Source of the DNA: Candidatus Latescibacterota bacterium
GTDB lineage: Bacteria > Latescibacterota > UBA2968 > UBA8231
Length of the DNA stretch: 64,000 nt
Assembly (NCBI GenBank): GCA_965221775.1
Contig: CBDCSU010000006.1
Span: forward strand, 1,632,001-1,696,000
Direction: 5' to 3'
Below the pieces are notes generated by a model. That model ran no database searches. It was not told the DNA's origin and saw only the letters and a list, made by a program, of their open reading frames with translations. Positions 28,093-37,681 of this stretch are shown here, piece by piece; within the stretch, counting starts at the first letter, position 1, and each line of letters starts with the position of its first letter. The translations under genes and the position numbers were made by a program.

Positions 28093-30650
28093 TGGATCGA
28101 TTGAGGGGAGGGGTGATCTGGATGCTGGCGGCGGTCGCCACCGCCGCGCTGAACGACACCTCGTCGGCGCGGACGCCGGAGTCCCTTCTCACCGTGATTT
28201 CCGTCGATCTCGAGAACGTCTCTCTCGAGTCGGCGCTGGCGGCGATCGCGGCAAAGGGGGACTTCGACTTGAGCTACAACCGCAGCCGCCTTCCGGTGGG
28301 CGAGAAGGTGACCGTGAGGATGGAGGAGGTCAGCGCCCTCAAAGCCCTGTCCTACGTGTTGGAGGAGACCGACGCGGAACTTGCCGTAACCAGCGACGGA
28401 CAACTCGCGGTCGTTCCCTCCGCGGCTGCCGGTGACCGGCGGACGAAGATCCCGGCCACCCTCAGCGGTTTCGTCCGCGACCGCAGCGACGGCGAGCACC
28501 TGCCGTATGCCTCGGTCGTGGTCGGGGACCAGCAGATGGGCACCCTGACCAACGTCGACGGCTACTACGCTCTGCCGGGCCTTCCGGCCGGGACCTGGGT
28601 GATCACCGTCTCCTCCATCGGCTACGCCGCTTACCGGGACACCCTCCACCTCGCCGCCGGCCAGGAGCTGCGCCGGGACATCGAGCTGATCAGGGAGTCC
28701 CTGGAGCTGGAGGCGGTGGTGGTGAAGACGGAGGCGGACCGGGTCGAGAACGAGCTGAGTCCGCAGTCGAGTGTCGTCGTCCTGCCGATGAAGTCGCTGC
28801 GGAAGATGCCGGCCATGGGCGAGCCCGACCTGCTGCGCAGCCTGCAGCTGCTGCCCGGCGTCCAAAGCGCTTCCGACTTCAGCAGCGGCCTCTACGTGCG
28901 CGGCGGCGGACCCGACCAGACCGGCATCCTGCTGGACCAGGTGCGGCTCTACAACCCGGCCCACGCCTTCGGCTTCTTCTCCACCTTCAACCCGGATGCC
29001 ATCAAGGACGTGACCTTCTACAAGGGGGCCTACCCGGCCCGCTACGGCGGCAACCTCGGGGCCATCCTCGACGTCCAGAACCGCGACGGCAACCGGCGCC
29101 GGTTCAGCAACAGCGGCGGCGTCAGCCTGATCTCCAGCCGCTACATGAGCGAGGGGCCCCTCGGCCAGGGCTCGTGGATGGTGGCCGGGAGGCGCACCTA
29201 CATCGATCCGGTGCTGCGGGCGGTGGGCCGCAGCGCCGACGGCCTCGACCTGGGCTACTGGTTCTACGACCTCAACGCCAAGATCAACACCCAGCTGACC
29301 CCCGACGACAACCTCATGATCAGCGCCTACGGGGGTGAGGACCATCTCGACATTTCGCTGAGCGACAGCACCGACGCCGACAACAACACCCTCTCCTTCG
29401 GCAACGAGTGGGGCAACCGCGCCCTCACCGGGCGCTGGACGCACCTGTTCTCGCCGGCGCTCTTCGGGCGCGCCATCCTCCTGTATTCCAAGTACCACAG
29501 CGACATCATCATCGATTTCTTCGGCACCCCGGTCGAGATCCGCAACAAGGTGCGGGACGTCACCTTCAAGGGGGACTTCGACTGGTTCGCCTCCCCCGAG
29601 CACACCTTGCGCGCCGGTGTCGACCTCACCCGCTTCCGCTTCGACTACGGGGTGCGCTTCGACGAGTACGAAGAGGACCAGGTCGTCCGTCCCTATCTGC
29701 TGTCGGCCTACATCCAGGACGACTGGCAGGTGACGCCCCTGACCGAGGCCTTGGTGGGTCTGCGCGGAACCTTCTACGAGGAAGGCCGACGCCTGTCCCT
29801 GAATCCGCGTCTCTCGCTCAGCCGCGTCCTGCACGACGGCTGGCGCCTCAAGCTCGCCGGAGGAAGCTACCAGCAACTGCTTCAACTGGTGTCGACGGAA
29901 GGCTTCGAGAGCGGCAACCTCTGGATCCCCCTCGACGAGACCGTGGATCCGGGGCGCTCCTACCAGGTGGTCTCGGGACTGGAGTGGGATCCCTCCGTCA
30001 CCTGGCGGGTCACCGTCGAGTCCTACTACACCGGCCTGACCAACCTGGTGGTCCTCGACGAGGACCAGGAGGAGAATGCCGAGGAGGTGACATCGGAGGA
30101 CATCTTCAAGACCGGGGGGAAGGGATACGCCACCGGCCTGGAAGTGTTCGCCGAGAGACGACGCGGGCGCCTGACCGGCTGGCTGGGCTACACCCTCGGA
30201 TGGACGCGGAGGAGATTCCCGGAGATCGACGAGGGCCGCTCCTTTCCACCCAAGTACGACCGGCGGCACGACCTCTCGCTGACCGCCAGGTACGGATCGG
30301 GCCCCTGGACCTGGACGGCCAACTTCGTCTACGGCACGGGCCAGGCCTTCACTCCGGCGGCGGCGCGCTACACCCTCCGCGACCCGGCGTCCGGCCGGCC
30401 CGTGGACCGGTTCCTGGCGGCGTCGCGCAACAGCGCCCGGCTGCTGCCCTACCACCGCCTCGATGCCGGGGTGCGGCGCCGGTCGCGCCTCTTCGGCGCC
30501 GAGGTCGAGTGGTACCTGCAGGTCTTCAATCTCTACAGCCGCCGCAACGAGTGGTTCATCCAGTACGATCCCGGGAATCCCGACCGGGAGGCGAGCGTTG
30601 TGAAGATGCTGCCCATCCTGCCGACCTTCGGCTTCGACTTCAGGTTCTGA
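28089..30650 (+). CDS. TonB-dependent receptor with N-terminal STN and carboxypeptidase-reg-like domains
   Basis: GEPDL.RSLQLLPGV, GLYVRGG..DQ, YKG.YPARYGG, C-terminal F. Confidence 0.9.
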   Translation: MMDRLRGGVIWMLAAVATAALNDTSSARTPESLLTVISVDLENVSLESALAAIAAKGDFDLSYNRSRLPVGEKVTVRMEEVSALKALSYVLEETDAELAVTSDGQLAVVPSAAAGDRRTKIPATLSGFVRDRSDGEHLPYASVVVGDQQMGTLTNVDGYYALPGLPAGTWVITVSSIGYAAYRDTLHLAAGQELRRDIELIRESLELEAVVVKTEADRVENELSPQSSVVVLPMKSLRKMPAMGEPDLLRSLQLLPGVQSASDFSSGLYVRGGGPDQTGILLDQVRLYNPAHAFGFFSTFNPDAIKDVTFYKGAYPARYGGNLGAILDVQNRDGNRRRFSNSGGVSLISSRYMSEGPLGQGSWMVAGRRTYIDPVLRAVGRSADGLDLGYWFYDLNAKINTQLTPDDNLMISAYGGEDHLDISLSDSTDADNNTLSFGNEWGNRALTGRWTHLFSPALFGRAILLYSKYHSDIIIDFFGTPVEIRNKVRDVTFKGDFDWFASPEHTLRAGVDLTRFRFDYGVRFDEYEEDQVVRPYLLSAYIQDDWQVTPLTEALVGLRGTFYEEGRRLSLNPRLSLSRVLHDGWRLKLAGGSYQQLLQLVSTEGFESGNLWIPLDETVDPGRSYQVVSGLEWDPSVTWRVTVESYYTGLTNLVVLDEDQEENAEEVTSEDIFKTGGKGYATGLEVFAERRRGRLTGWLGYTLGWTRRRFPEIDEGRSFPPKYDRRHDLSLTARYGSGPWTWTANFVYGTGQAFTPAAARYTLRDPASGRPVDRFLAASRNSARLLPYHRLDAGVRRRSRLFGAEVEWYLQVFNLYSRRNEWFIQYDPGNPDREASVVKMLPILPTFGFDFRF

Positions 30651-30654
30651 GACG

Positions 30655-31644
30655 ATGCCCCTATTCCTGTCGCTTCTGGCTCTCGTGCCGCTCCTCTCCT
30701 GTGACGCGCCCGGCCCCCTGGCGGCCAACCGGGGTCCCGGGCAGCTGTTCGGTCCCGCCGAGGACGAGATCATCGTGGTCGACGCGACCCTGATCGTCGA
30801 CGCGCCGCTGCCGCCGGTCATGCTGCGGCTCACGGAGGCGCCCGGGGTTCCCTACGAAGCCGCGGCCACCGGTCTGGCCGGGGCCGAGGTCCTGATCCGG
30901 AGCGGCGACGCCTCCTTCGAGTACCGCCCCGACCCGGCCACGGCGGGGCGCTACCTGGCCCCCGACGGAGCGCCGCCCGTGGAGCCCGGCCGCGACTATG
31001 AGTTGCAGGTGACCAGCGGTGACGCTCCCGTGGTGCGCGCCCGGACCCTGACGCCGGCGCGGCTGCGCATCGAGGAGCTGGTGTGGCTCGACGACGACCT
31101 GGAGACCGAGCTGCAGCAGCTCAGGCTGTTCTCCGAAATCGGGGAGCAGGTCTACGACGCCAGGGAGAACCAGGTGGAGTACATCCGGGGACTGCTGATC
31201 GCCCGGCTCGAGGAGGCCGGAGAGGCCGGGTTCTACCAGTTCGCCACGTCCAACCTCGAGAGCTCCAGTCCGTACTTGTTCGACAGCGATTGGATCGAGG
31301 AGGAAGAGGAGGAGTTCGACCTGGAGCGCGACAGCACCTCCCCTCTCTTTCGCGCCGAAGAGGGCGAGCTCTACGTCCCCTGGGACGGCATCTACTACGC
31401 CGGCCGCTACAAGGTCAGGCTCTACGCCGTGGACCGGAACTGGTACGACCTGGTGCGGACCGACAACATCGATGCCGATCGCGGCACCGGGGAAGCGGGC
31501 GAGTCCTTTCAGCGGCCTCTGTTCCACGTCGAGAATGGGATCGGTCTGTTCGCCTCGGCCTCGGTGGACTCCTTCGGCTTCTTCGTGCGGCCCAGTGGGA
31601 GTGCGGCCTGCTCGGGGTGCGAGTGCTGGGAGTGCGGGGAGTGA
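30655..31644 (+). CDS. DUF4249-like outer-membrane lipoprotein
   Basis: Lipobox LLSC; G..Y.L.V; ENGIGLF near C-terminus; Cys-rich tail CSGCECWEC. Confidence 0.65.
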   Translation: MPLFLSLLALVPLLSCDAPGPLAANRGPGQLFGPAEDEIIVVDATLIVDAPLPPVMLRLTEAPGVPYEAAATGLAGAEVLIRSGDASFEYRPDPATAGRYLAPDGAPPVEPGRDYELQVTSGDAPVVRARTLTPARLRIEELVWLDDDLETELQQLRLFSEIGEQVYDARENQVEYIRGLLIARLEEAGEAGFYQFATSNLESSSPYLFDSDWIEEEEEEFDLERDSTSPLFRAEEGELYVPWDGIYYAGRYKVRLYAVDRNWYDLVRTDNIDADRGTGEAGESFQRPLFHVENGIGLFASASVDSFGFFVRPSGSAACSGCECWECGE

Positions 31645-31662
31645 TGGGGAGTTCTGGCGGGG

Positions 31663-31947
31663 GGGCGGTGCCGGCGGCTCCGGCCGCGCCTTCGGCGGCG
31701 CGTACGCCGGGCTTGGTTGGTGAGGCTATCGCCGGTGGTGGATTCGTGGGGCTGGCGAGCCCCTCGCTGCGCTCGGGTCTCTGGGCCTCCTGGATGTGTA
31801 CAGTTGATGACCCCGGCCCGGCGTAATGCGCCGCTCAGGCGCGGCCTGCGCCGCCGGCACCGCCCGAGGGGTCCGATCCACCCACACTCTATCTGTACCG
31901 TGTGGCGCCGGGCACGGGACCTGAACCGGGGGTGAACCCGGCGCCAC
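31663..31947. repeat. Hairpin repeat element, copy 3 (complete, with satellite)
   Basis: Arms gggcggtgccggcggc...tacgccggg / cccggcgtaa...gccgccggcaccgccc. Confidence 0.9.
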
Positions 31948-31960
31948 TCGATGGGTCTTG

Positions 31961-32209
31961 CGCCGGGCTTGGTGAGGGGCTATCGCTGGGGTGAATCCGA
32001 AGGGGTGGCGAGCCCCCTCGCTGCGCTCGGGTCTCTGGGCCTCTTGGATGTGTACAGTTGATGACCCCGGCCCGGCGTAATGCGCCGCTCAGGCGCGGCC
32101 TGCGCGGCCTGCGCCGCCGGCACCGCCCGAGGGGTCCGATCCACCCACACTCTATCTGTACCGTGTGGCGCCGGGCACGGGACCTGAGCCGGGGTGAACC
32201 CGGCGCCAC
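31961..32209. repeat. Hairpin repeat element, copy 4 (tandem, left arm truncated)
   Basis: Near-identical to copy 3 from the core onward; internal gcgcggcct duplication. Confidence 0.9.
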
Positions 32210-32260
32210 GCGATCCGGTGAAGCGCTGGCCCGATGGTCAGCGGCCGCAGGAGTGACAGC

Positions 32261-33136
32261 ATGCAGATCGTACTGAACTCGAAGTTCTTCGCGGACCTGC
32301 CGGTCGCCGAGCTGGGCGCCAGGGCGCTGGAGCTGGGGTACGACGGGATCGACGTCTGCGTCCGACCGGGGCATCCGGTTCACCCTGGCAACGCGAGGGC
32401 CGAGCTTCCGGGGGCGGTGGATTTGTGGCGCCGGCAGGGGCTCTCGTGCCCGCTGGCGACGGCGCCGACGGACTTCGTGGATCCCGCCGCACCTGGCGCC
32501 GAAGGGCTGTACGCCGCCTGCGCCGAGGCGGGGGTCCCGCGGCTGAAGATCGGGTTCTGGCGGTTCGCGCCGGGCGCCGACTACTGGCAGGCCGTCGATG
32601 CGGCGCGGAGAGATCTGGAGGGCTTCGCCGGGCTCAGCGAAAAGCACGGGGTCCAGACCTGCTACCAGGCGCACAGCGGCGCCTGCCTCGGCTCGAACTG
32701 CGCCGGGCTGATGCACCTGATCCGCGGCTTCGACCCGCGCCTCGTGGGGGCCTATCCGGATCTCGGGCACCAGGCCCTCGACGGCGAGGACTGGGAGATG
32801 GGACTGGCCATGGTGCGCGACCACCTCTCCGTGGTGGGCGTCAAGGACGCCATGTACCGCCGCGAGCCGGAGAGGACGCCGCCCTGGAACCCCTGCTTCG
32901 TCAAGGTGGGGGACGGCTGCGTCGACTGGGGCCGCTGTCTCGGCATCCTGCGCGGCTTCGGCTTCGAGGGGCCGCTGACCGTGCACACCGAGTACAGCTT
33001 CGACGAGGCGATCATCCGCCAGGTGGGCTACGCCGAGAGCGCACCGCCCAACCTGGAGGAATGGGCCCGGGCCGACGCGGCCTGGCTGCGGCGGGCGCTG
33101 GCGGCGCTTCCGCCGGACAGCAGCGGCAGTCGGTAG
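32261..33136 (+). CDS. Sugar phosphate isomerase/epimerase (xylose isomerase-like TIM barrel)
   Basis: GYDGIDV.VRPG, D.GH, VKD, G.G.VDW, TVHTE. Confidence 0.85.
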   Translation: MQIVLNSKFFADLPVAELGARALELGYDGIDVCVRPGHPVHPGNARAELPGAVDLWRRQGLSCPLATAPTDFVDPAAPGAEGLYAACAEAGVPRLKIGFWRFAPGADYWQAVDAARRDLEGFAGLSEKHGVQTCYQAHSGACLGSNCAGLMHLIRGFDPRLVGAYPDLGHQALDGEDWEMGLAMVRDHLSVVGVKDAMYRREPERTPPWNPCFVKVGDGCVDWGRCLGILRGFGFEGPLTVHTEYSFDEAIIRQVGYAESAPPNLEEWARADAAWLRRALAALPPDSSGSR

Positions 33137-33204
33137 TCCCGGCCGGCGCGCCGGTGGCTCCGCCGCGTCCTGCACCCGCCCTCACCTCCCGGGGTGCGGA
33201 CCGC

Positions 33205-33918
33205 TCAAGCCTCTTCCCTGTAGTCCTTGATATCCTGCCAAGTCAGGCCGGGTCGGGAGAAGATCGCGTGGTAGCGGGCCTCTCGCTCCTGGATCTCCAG
33301 GCCCTTCTCCAGCACCATCGCGGGGTCGTCCCCCGCCGGGATCTTGACGACGCCGTCGCGGTCGGCGGCGACGATCTCCCCGGGGAAGATCAGCAGCTCG
33401 TTGACCGTGATCGGGTGATTGTGGCGCACCAGGCTCAGCACGCCGTGACCGGGGGATGTCCCCGTTCCCCAGACCGGCAGTCCCACCCGCTCGATCCCCG
33501 CCAGGTCCCGTATCGATCCGTCGACGATGATGCCGGACACGCCCAGGTGCTTGTGGGTGGCGGCCATGCCGTCTCCGAGGGTGGCGCCGCGTCCGGCGCG
33601 GGTGTCGACGTCCTTCATGATGCTCACCATCGGGGCCGGCGACTCGTCGAGGAAGTCGTAGTACTCGTACCAGTCCAGGGCCGGCATGTCGGGGTCGTGG
33701 GTGGTCAGCTCGCAGGTGGCGGCGTAGCCGACGGCCATGCCGAGCCCGGGCAGCATGCACTGCATCCCGGGGCCCATGTAGTTGAAGGGCATGCCGCCCT
33801 GCCCCTCGAGCTCGCGCCCGCCCTGGCTGGCGCCGCGGGCCTCGATGACGGCGTTGAAGATGGTGGCGGTGTCGAGCTTCCTGAGACCTTCGAAGACCTC
33901 CGGCGATACCGGGTTCAT
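33205..33918 (-). CDS. RraA/HMG aldolase family protein
   Basis: LDTAT..NA, GYAAT, GDGMA, DGSIRD, ADRDGVV. Confidence 0.85.
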   Translation of the reverse strand: MNPVSPEVFEGLRKLDTATIFNAVIEARGASQGGRELEGQGGMPFNYMGPGMQCMLPGLGMAVGYAATCELTTHDPDMPALDWYEYYDFLDESPAPMVSIMKDVDTRAGRGATLGDGMAATHKHLGVSGIIVDGSIRDLAGIERVGLPVWGTGTSPGHGVLSLVRHNHPITVNELLIFPGEIVAADRDGVVKIPAGDDPAMVLEKGLEIQEREARYHAIFSRPGLTWQDIKDYREEA

Positions 33919-33950
33919 TCCCTGCCTCCTGTCGGGTTCTGAGATGCGTC

Positions 33951-34694
33951 CTACTTCAGCTCGATGATCTCGCGCTGCGCCTCGGTGAGGCCCTCCACGA
34001 CACGGTCGCTGAAGTGCAGGCCCTGGCCTCCCCAGTCCGGCATGTATCCGATGCTGTAGCAGTAGTAGAGGGTGCGGCGCGGACGGCCCGAGACGTTGAC
34101 CGTCGAGCCGTGGGTCAGGGCCTCGGTGAAGATGATGGCGTCCCCGGCCCTGGCAGGAACCGGCGCGAGGACCGGGGTCTCGTCGGGATGATGTCCCCAG
34201 GGACGCGGGAAGTTGCTCTTGTGGGCGCCCGGGACCACGGCGAAGCAGCCGTCCTCGACGTCGCAGTCGAGCAGGGGGAAGACCGCCTTGGTCAGGGTCG
34301 AGACCATCTGCCCGTTGCGGCAGTGATACTGGCACTTGGGGATGATCGGCGTGCCGTGCATGTGCAGGCCCGTGTAGCCGCCGCCCCAGCGGTAGATCGT
34401 GTAGGTGTGGTTCAGGCGCCAGGGCCCGCCGGTGACCTCGGCGACGACGTCGAGGACCTCGGGAATGTCGATCAGGGGAGAGAAGACCGGGGACGCTTCG
34501 AGGATGTTGGAGATGTAGAGCTCCTCCTCCGTCTTCTCGGTGCCGAGGCAGAGAGGAGGAGGGTAGTCCTCGGGGTCCATCTCCTCGAACTCGTCGAGGG
34601 ACTGGTTGCACGCCTCGAGGACGGACCGCGGCACCACGTCCTCCAGGACGATGAAGCCCTGCAGGTCGAAGAGGTACTTCTGTTCCGGCGTCAT
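33951..34694 (-). CDS. PhyH family dioxygenase with non-canonical HxD site
   Basis: YLFDLQG, DGCFAVVPGAHK, FTEALTHG, RRTL; LHMHG where HxD is expected. Confidence 0.85.
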   Translation of the reverse strand: MTPEQKYLFDLQGFIVLEDVVPRSVLEACNQSLDEFEEMDPEDYPPPLCLGTEKTEEELYISNILEASPVFSPLIDIPEVLDVVAEVTGGPWRLNHTYTIYRWGGGYTGLHMHGTPIIPKCQYHCRNGQMVSTLTKAVFPLLDCDVEDGCFAVVPGAHKSNFPRPWGHHPDETPVLAPVPARAGDAIIFTEALTHGSTVNVSGRPRRTLYYCYSIGYMPDWGGQGLHFSDRVVEGLTEAQREIIELK

Positions 34695-34875
34695 GGACCG
34701 CTCCCGGTGGATGGGCGCAGATCCTATTCCGCACCTTGGTGTCCGTCAACGAGGGGCGGTGCCGGCGGCGCCCGCCGGTACGCGGCACGAGCGCTTCGAC
34801 CTGCGCTGCCTTGACACCGTGGTCGCTACCACCGTAGAAGGTCCTGGCGCATCGAACAAGACGGAAAAGGTCAGG

Positions 34876-35739
34876 ATGACTATCAAAGTGGTGTGCTGGA
34901 ACATGGACCGGCGCGAGCAGCCGTGGCGCGAGCTCGAGCGCATGGCGAGTGACGGTGACGCGGACCTGGCCCTCCTTCAGGAAGCGGGCAGTCCGCCCGG
35001 AGAACTGGTGGACCTTGCCGCACATGCAGACGACGTGTTCTGGAGCCGGCATCTGTACGACCGCTGGCCCCTGGTCGTGAAACTGTCCGATCGAGTCCGG
35101 ATCGAGCCATATCGACAGGTTCCGCCGATCAGCGATCTCGGGGAAGATGCCATTGGCGTCAGTGGCATCGGCACCCTCGCGGCCGCGAGGGTGGTTCCGC
35201 GCAACAGCGAGGACGAGGCTTTCGTCGCGGTCTCCATGTATGCGCGCTGGCTCAAGCCTCATCCGCATGCCGGGAGCAGTTGGAGGGTCGGCTGCTCGGA
35301 TGCGTCGGCCCACCGAATCATCTCGGACCTCTCCGCGTTCATCGGCCATCGCAACCCCGCAAAGCACAGGATTCTGGCTGCCGGCGACCTGAACATGCTC
35401 TACGGCGCGACGGGTACGAAGCTGTCACTGCCGGAGCGCGACCGCACCGTCTGGGATCGGATGCAGGCCCTCGGGCTGGAGTTCATGGGGCCGCAGGCGC
35501 CGAACGGCCGGCGCGCGGAGGCAGAGCCGGACGACGTTCCGTCCGACACCAGGAACGTCCCGACGTTCTGCGCTCGCGGGGCGAGTCCGGAGACCGCGGC
35601 CAATCAACTGGACTACGCCTTCGCATCTCGCGGGTTTCACCGGAACGTCTCGGTGCGGGCGATGAACGACGTGGAGGAATGGGGACCCAGCGATCACTGC
35701 CGCCTGATGATCGAGGTGCGAACTGGGGGCCAGGGCTGA
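34876..35739 (+). CDS. Endonuclease/exonuclease/phosphatase (EEP) family protein
   Basis: VCWN, LLQE, AGDLN, LDYAF, PSDH. Confidence 0.85.
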   Translation: MTIKVVCWNMDRREQPWRELERMASDGDADLALLQEAGSPPGELVDLAAHADDVFWSRHLYDRWPLVVKLSDRVRIEPYRQVPPISDLGEDAIGVSGIGTLAAARVVPRNSEDEAFVAVSMYARWLKPHPHAGSSWRVGCSDASAHRIISDLSAFIGHRNPAKHRILAAGDLNMLYGATGTKLSLPERDRTVWDRMQALGLEFMGPQAPNGRRAEAEPDDVPSDTRNVPTFCARGASPETAANQLDYAFASRGFHRNVSVRAMNDVEEWGPSDHCRLMIEVRTGGQG

Positions 35740-35824
35740 CTGAGATCCCTTGTCCGCTTTGCAGACCGGGTCGGCGGATCGGATCTTCCCTCACGGACAG
35801 GGATCATCGGCAAGGAGGTCCGCC

Positions 35825-36927
35825 ATGAAGCCGTGTCGAACAGCCCTCCTGATCCTGGCGATTACCGCTGCCGGCGCCGAGCCGGGATGGTGCCAGGACG
35901 TGTTCAGCGAATCCCTCGGTCCCAGGACCACCTACGGTACCACCTCCGTTGCCGTCGATCCCCGCAATCCGGAGGTGCTCTTCGCGGGCTCCGACGCGGA
36001 CGGGCTCTTCGTCAGCAGGGACGGCGGCGCGAACTGGCAGGCCGTCTGGTCGCAGGGGATCGAGTATATCGAGATCGATCCCGGCAACCCCGATGTCGTC
36101 TACGCGGCGGGGGACCGCATCATCCGGAGTCTGGACGGCGGCCGCACCTGGAGCGCGGCGAGCTGGGGCCCCCTCCCCTGGGTGAGGTCCCTGAAGGCGA
36201 ACCCCCACCTTCCCGGCGTGGTCTACGCGGGACTGGGGGACGGGATCCTGCGATCGACCGACTACGGAGAGACCTGGCATCGCATCCTGTCAGGGACGGA
36301 TCTGCCCGAAGAGGACCGCGGGGTATGGGCGATGTCCGTCGACCCTTGGGACGCCGGGACCATCTATGCCGCTGGGTCCGGCCTGCGAAGGAGCACCGAC
36401 GGCGGGGACTCCTGGGAGGCCATCGAGAACGGTATTCCATTCGACGAGGTGAGGAAGAGCGAGAAGTGGGGCGAGTTGCTGGTTACCGCGCTGGCCGCCG
36501 ACCCGGAGGAATCCGGAGTCGTGACTGCCGGGATCACGCAGTTCCCGCGCGAAACCCCGGGCGGATCTACAGAAGCACGGACGGAGGCGCCAGCTGGAGA
36601 TTGATCTCCGAGGTGGGCAGCTGGCTGACGGCGCTGTTCATCGATCCGGTTCATCCCACGACAATCCTGGTCGGCACGGGGGCGAAGAGGAGCCTGTCGG
36701 GCACATTTCTGAGCACCGACGGAGGCCTGAGCTGGGGACAGATCCAGGGAGGCGGGGCTCGTCAGATCGTCGCCTCTCCAGGCGAGGCCGGGACCTACTT
36801 CACCGCCATGAGGGCCGGCGAAACCCGCGGTGTGGTCCGCATCTCGATCGGCACCACCACGGCCATCGGAAGCACCGGCTGGGGGTCCCTCAAGGCCCTC
36901 ACGGCTCCACCATCACCATCGAGATAG
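35825..36927 (+). CDS. Secreted Asp-box/YCF48-like beta-propeller with a missing base at ~36560
   Basis: Signal peptide; repeated SxDGGxxW and DPxxP units continue in the second frame (GRIYRSTDGGASW). Confidence 0.75.
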
Positions 36928-36946
36928 CCCGGGCCTCGAGGAGACC

Positions 36947-37660
36947 ATGCGCGTGCTGATCATGTCCGACATGGAAGGCGTCAGCGGCATCGTGGTGTGG
37001 AACCAGGTGACCGGCGGCGACCCGATGTTCGAGGAGGGGCGGCAGCTCTACACGGAGGAGATCAATGCCGCCGTGCGCGGAGCCAGGGCCGCCGGGGCGA
37101 CGGAGGTCGTCGTCGTCGACTGCCACGGCGCCGGCAGGGGCTGGAGCTTCAACTCCCTCGTCCCCGAGAAGATCCACCCCGATTGCGAGTGGGTCGCCCA
37201 TCATGGGTGGGGCCGCTACGACGACAGGAATCTCTGGTTCAACGACGATCTCGTGGGTGAGACCGGCGTCAACGCGGCGCTCAACGGCCACTACGGGGTC
37301 CCCGTCGCCCTGGTCACCGGCGACGCCGCCGTCTGCCGCGAGGCCAGGGCCCTCCTCGGCGAATCGCTGCCAACCGTTGCGGTGAAGAAGGGGTTGAGCC
37401 GCTTCAGCGCCCGGCAGCTGGCGCCCGTCCGCGCCCGCGAGCTGATCGAGGAGGCGGCCCGGAAGGCGCTCACCGAGCCGGTCCGCACCAAGCCCTACAT
37501 CCCCGAGCGGCCGACGACGATCCGGATCGAGCTGGCCAGCGTCGATCAACTCGCCGATTTCAAGGGCCGGGCCGGGGTGGAAACGACGGGGCCTCTCTCC
37601 GTCGAGAGCCGCGCCGCGGACTGGATGACCGCCTGGAACCAGTTCTGGCCCCTCGCCTGA
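36947..37660 (+). pseudogene. M55 D-aminopeptidase (DppA) family, apparent internal in-frame deletion
   Basis: SDMEG, DCHG and GETG.NA present; the central GxHA...HT segment is missing (237 aa). Confidence 0.7.
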
Positions 37661-37681
37661 GCGGGACCGATCCCTGCCGGC

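Noticed and set aside
27531-30833. Very long antisense or alternate-frame ORFs (also 40125-43718, 16322-19300, 22641-25358 and others)
   Set aside because: Shadow ORFs typical of high GC: Arg/Pro/Gly-rich, no motifs, overlapping well-supported genes
31663-32209. CRISPR array
   Set aside because: Only two ~250-nt tandem units; no short repeats with unique equal-length spacers; no cas genes
34752-34790. Fifth copy of the hairpin element
   Set aside because: Only ggggcggtgccggcggc matches the left arm; no core or right arm, so at most a remnant
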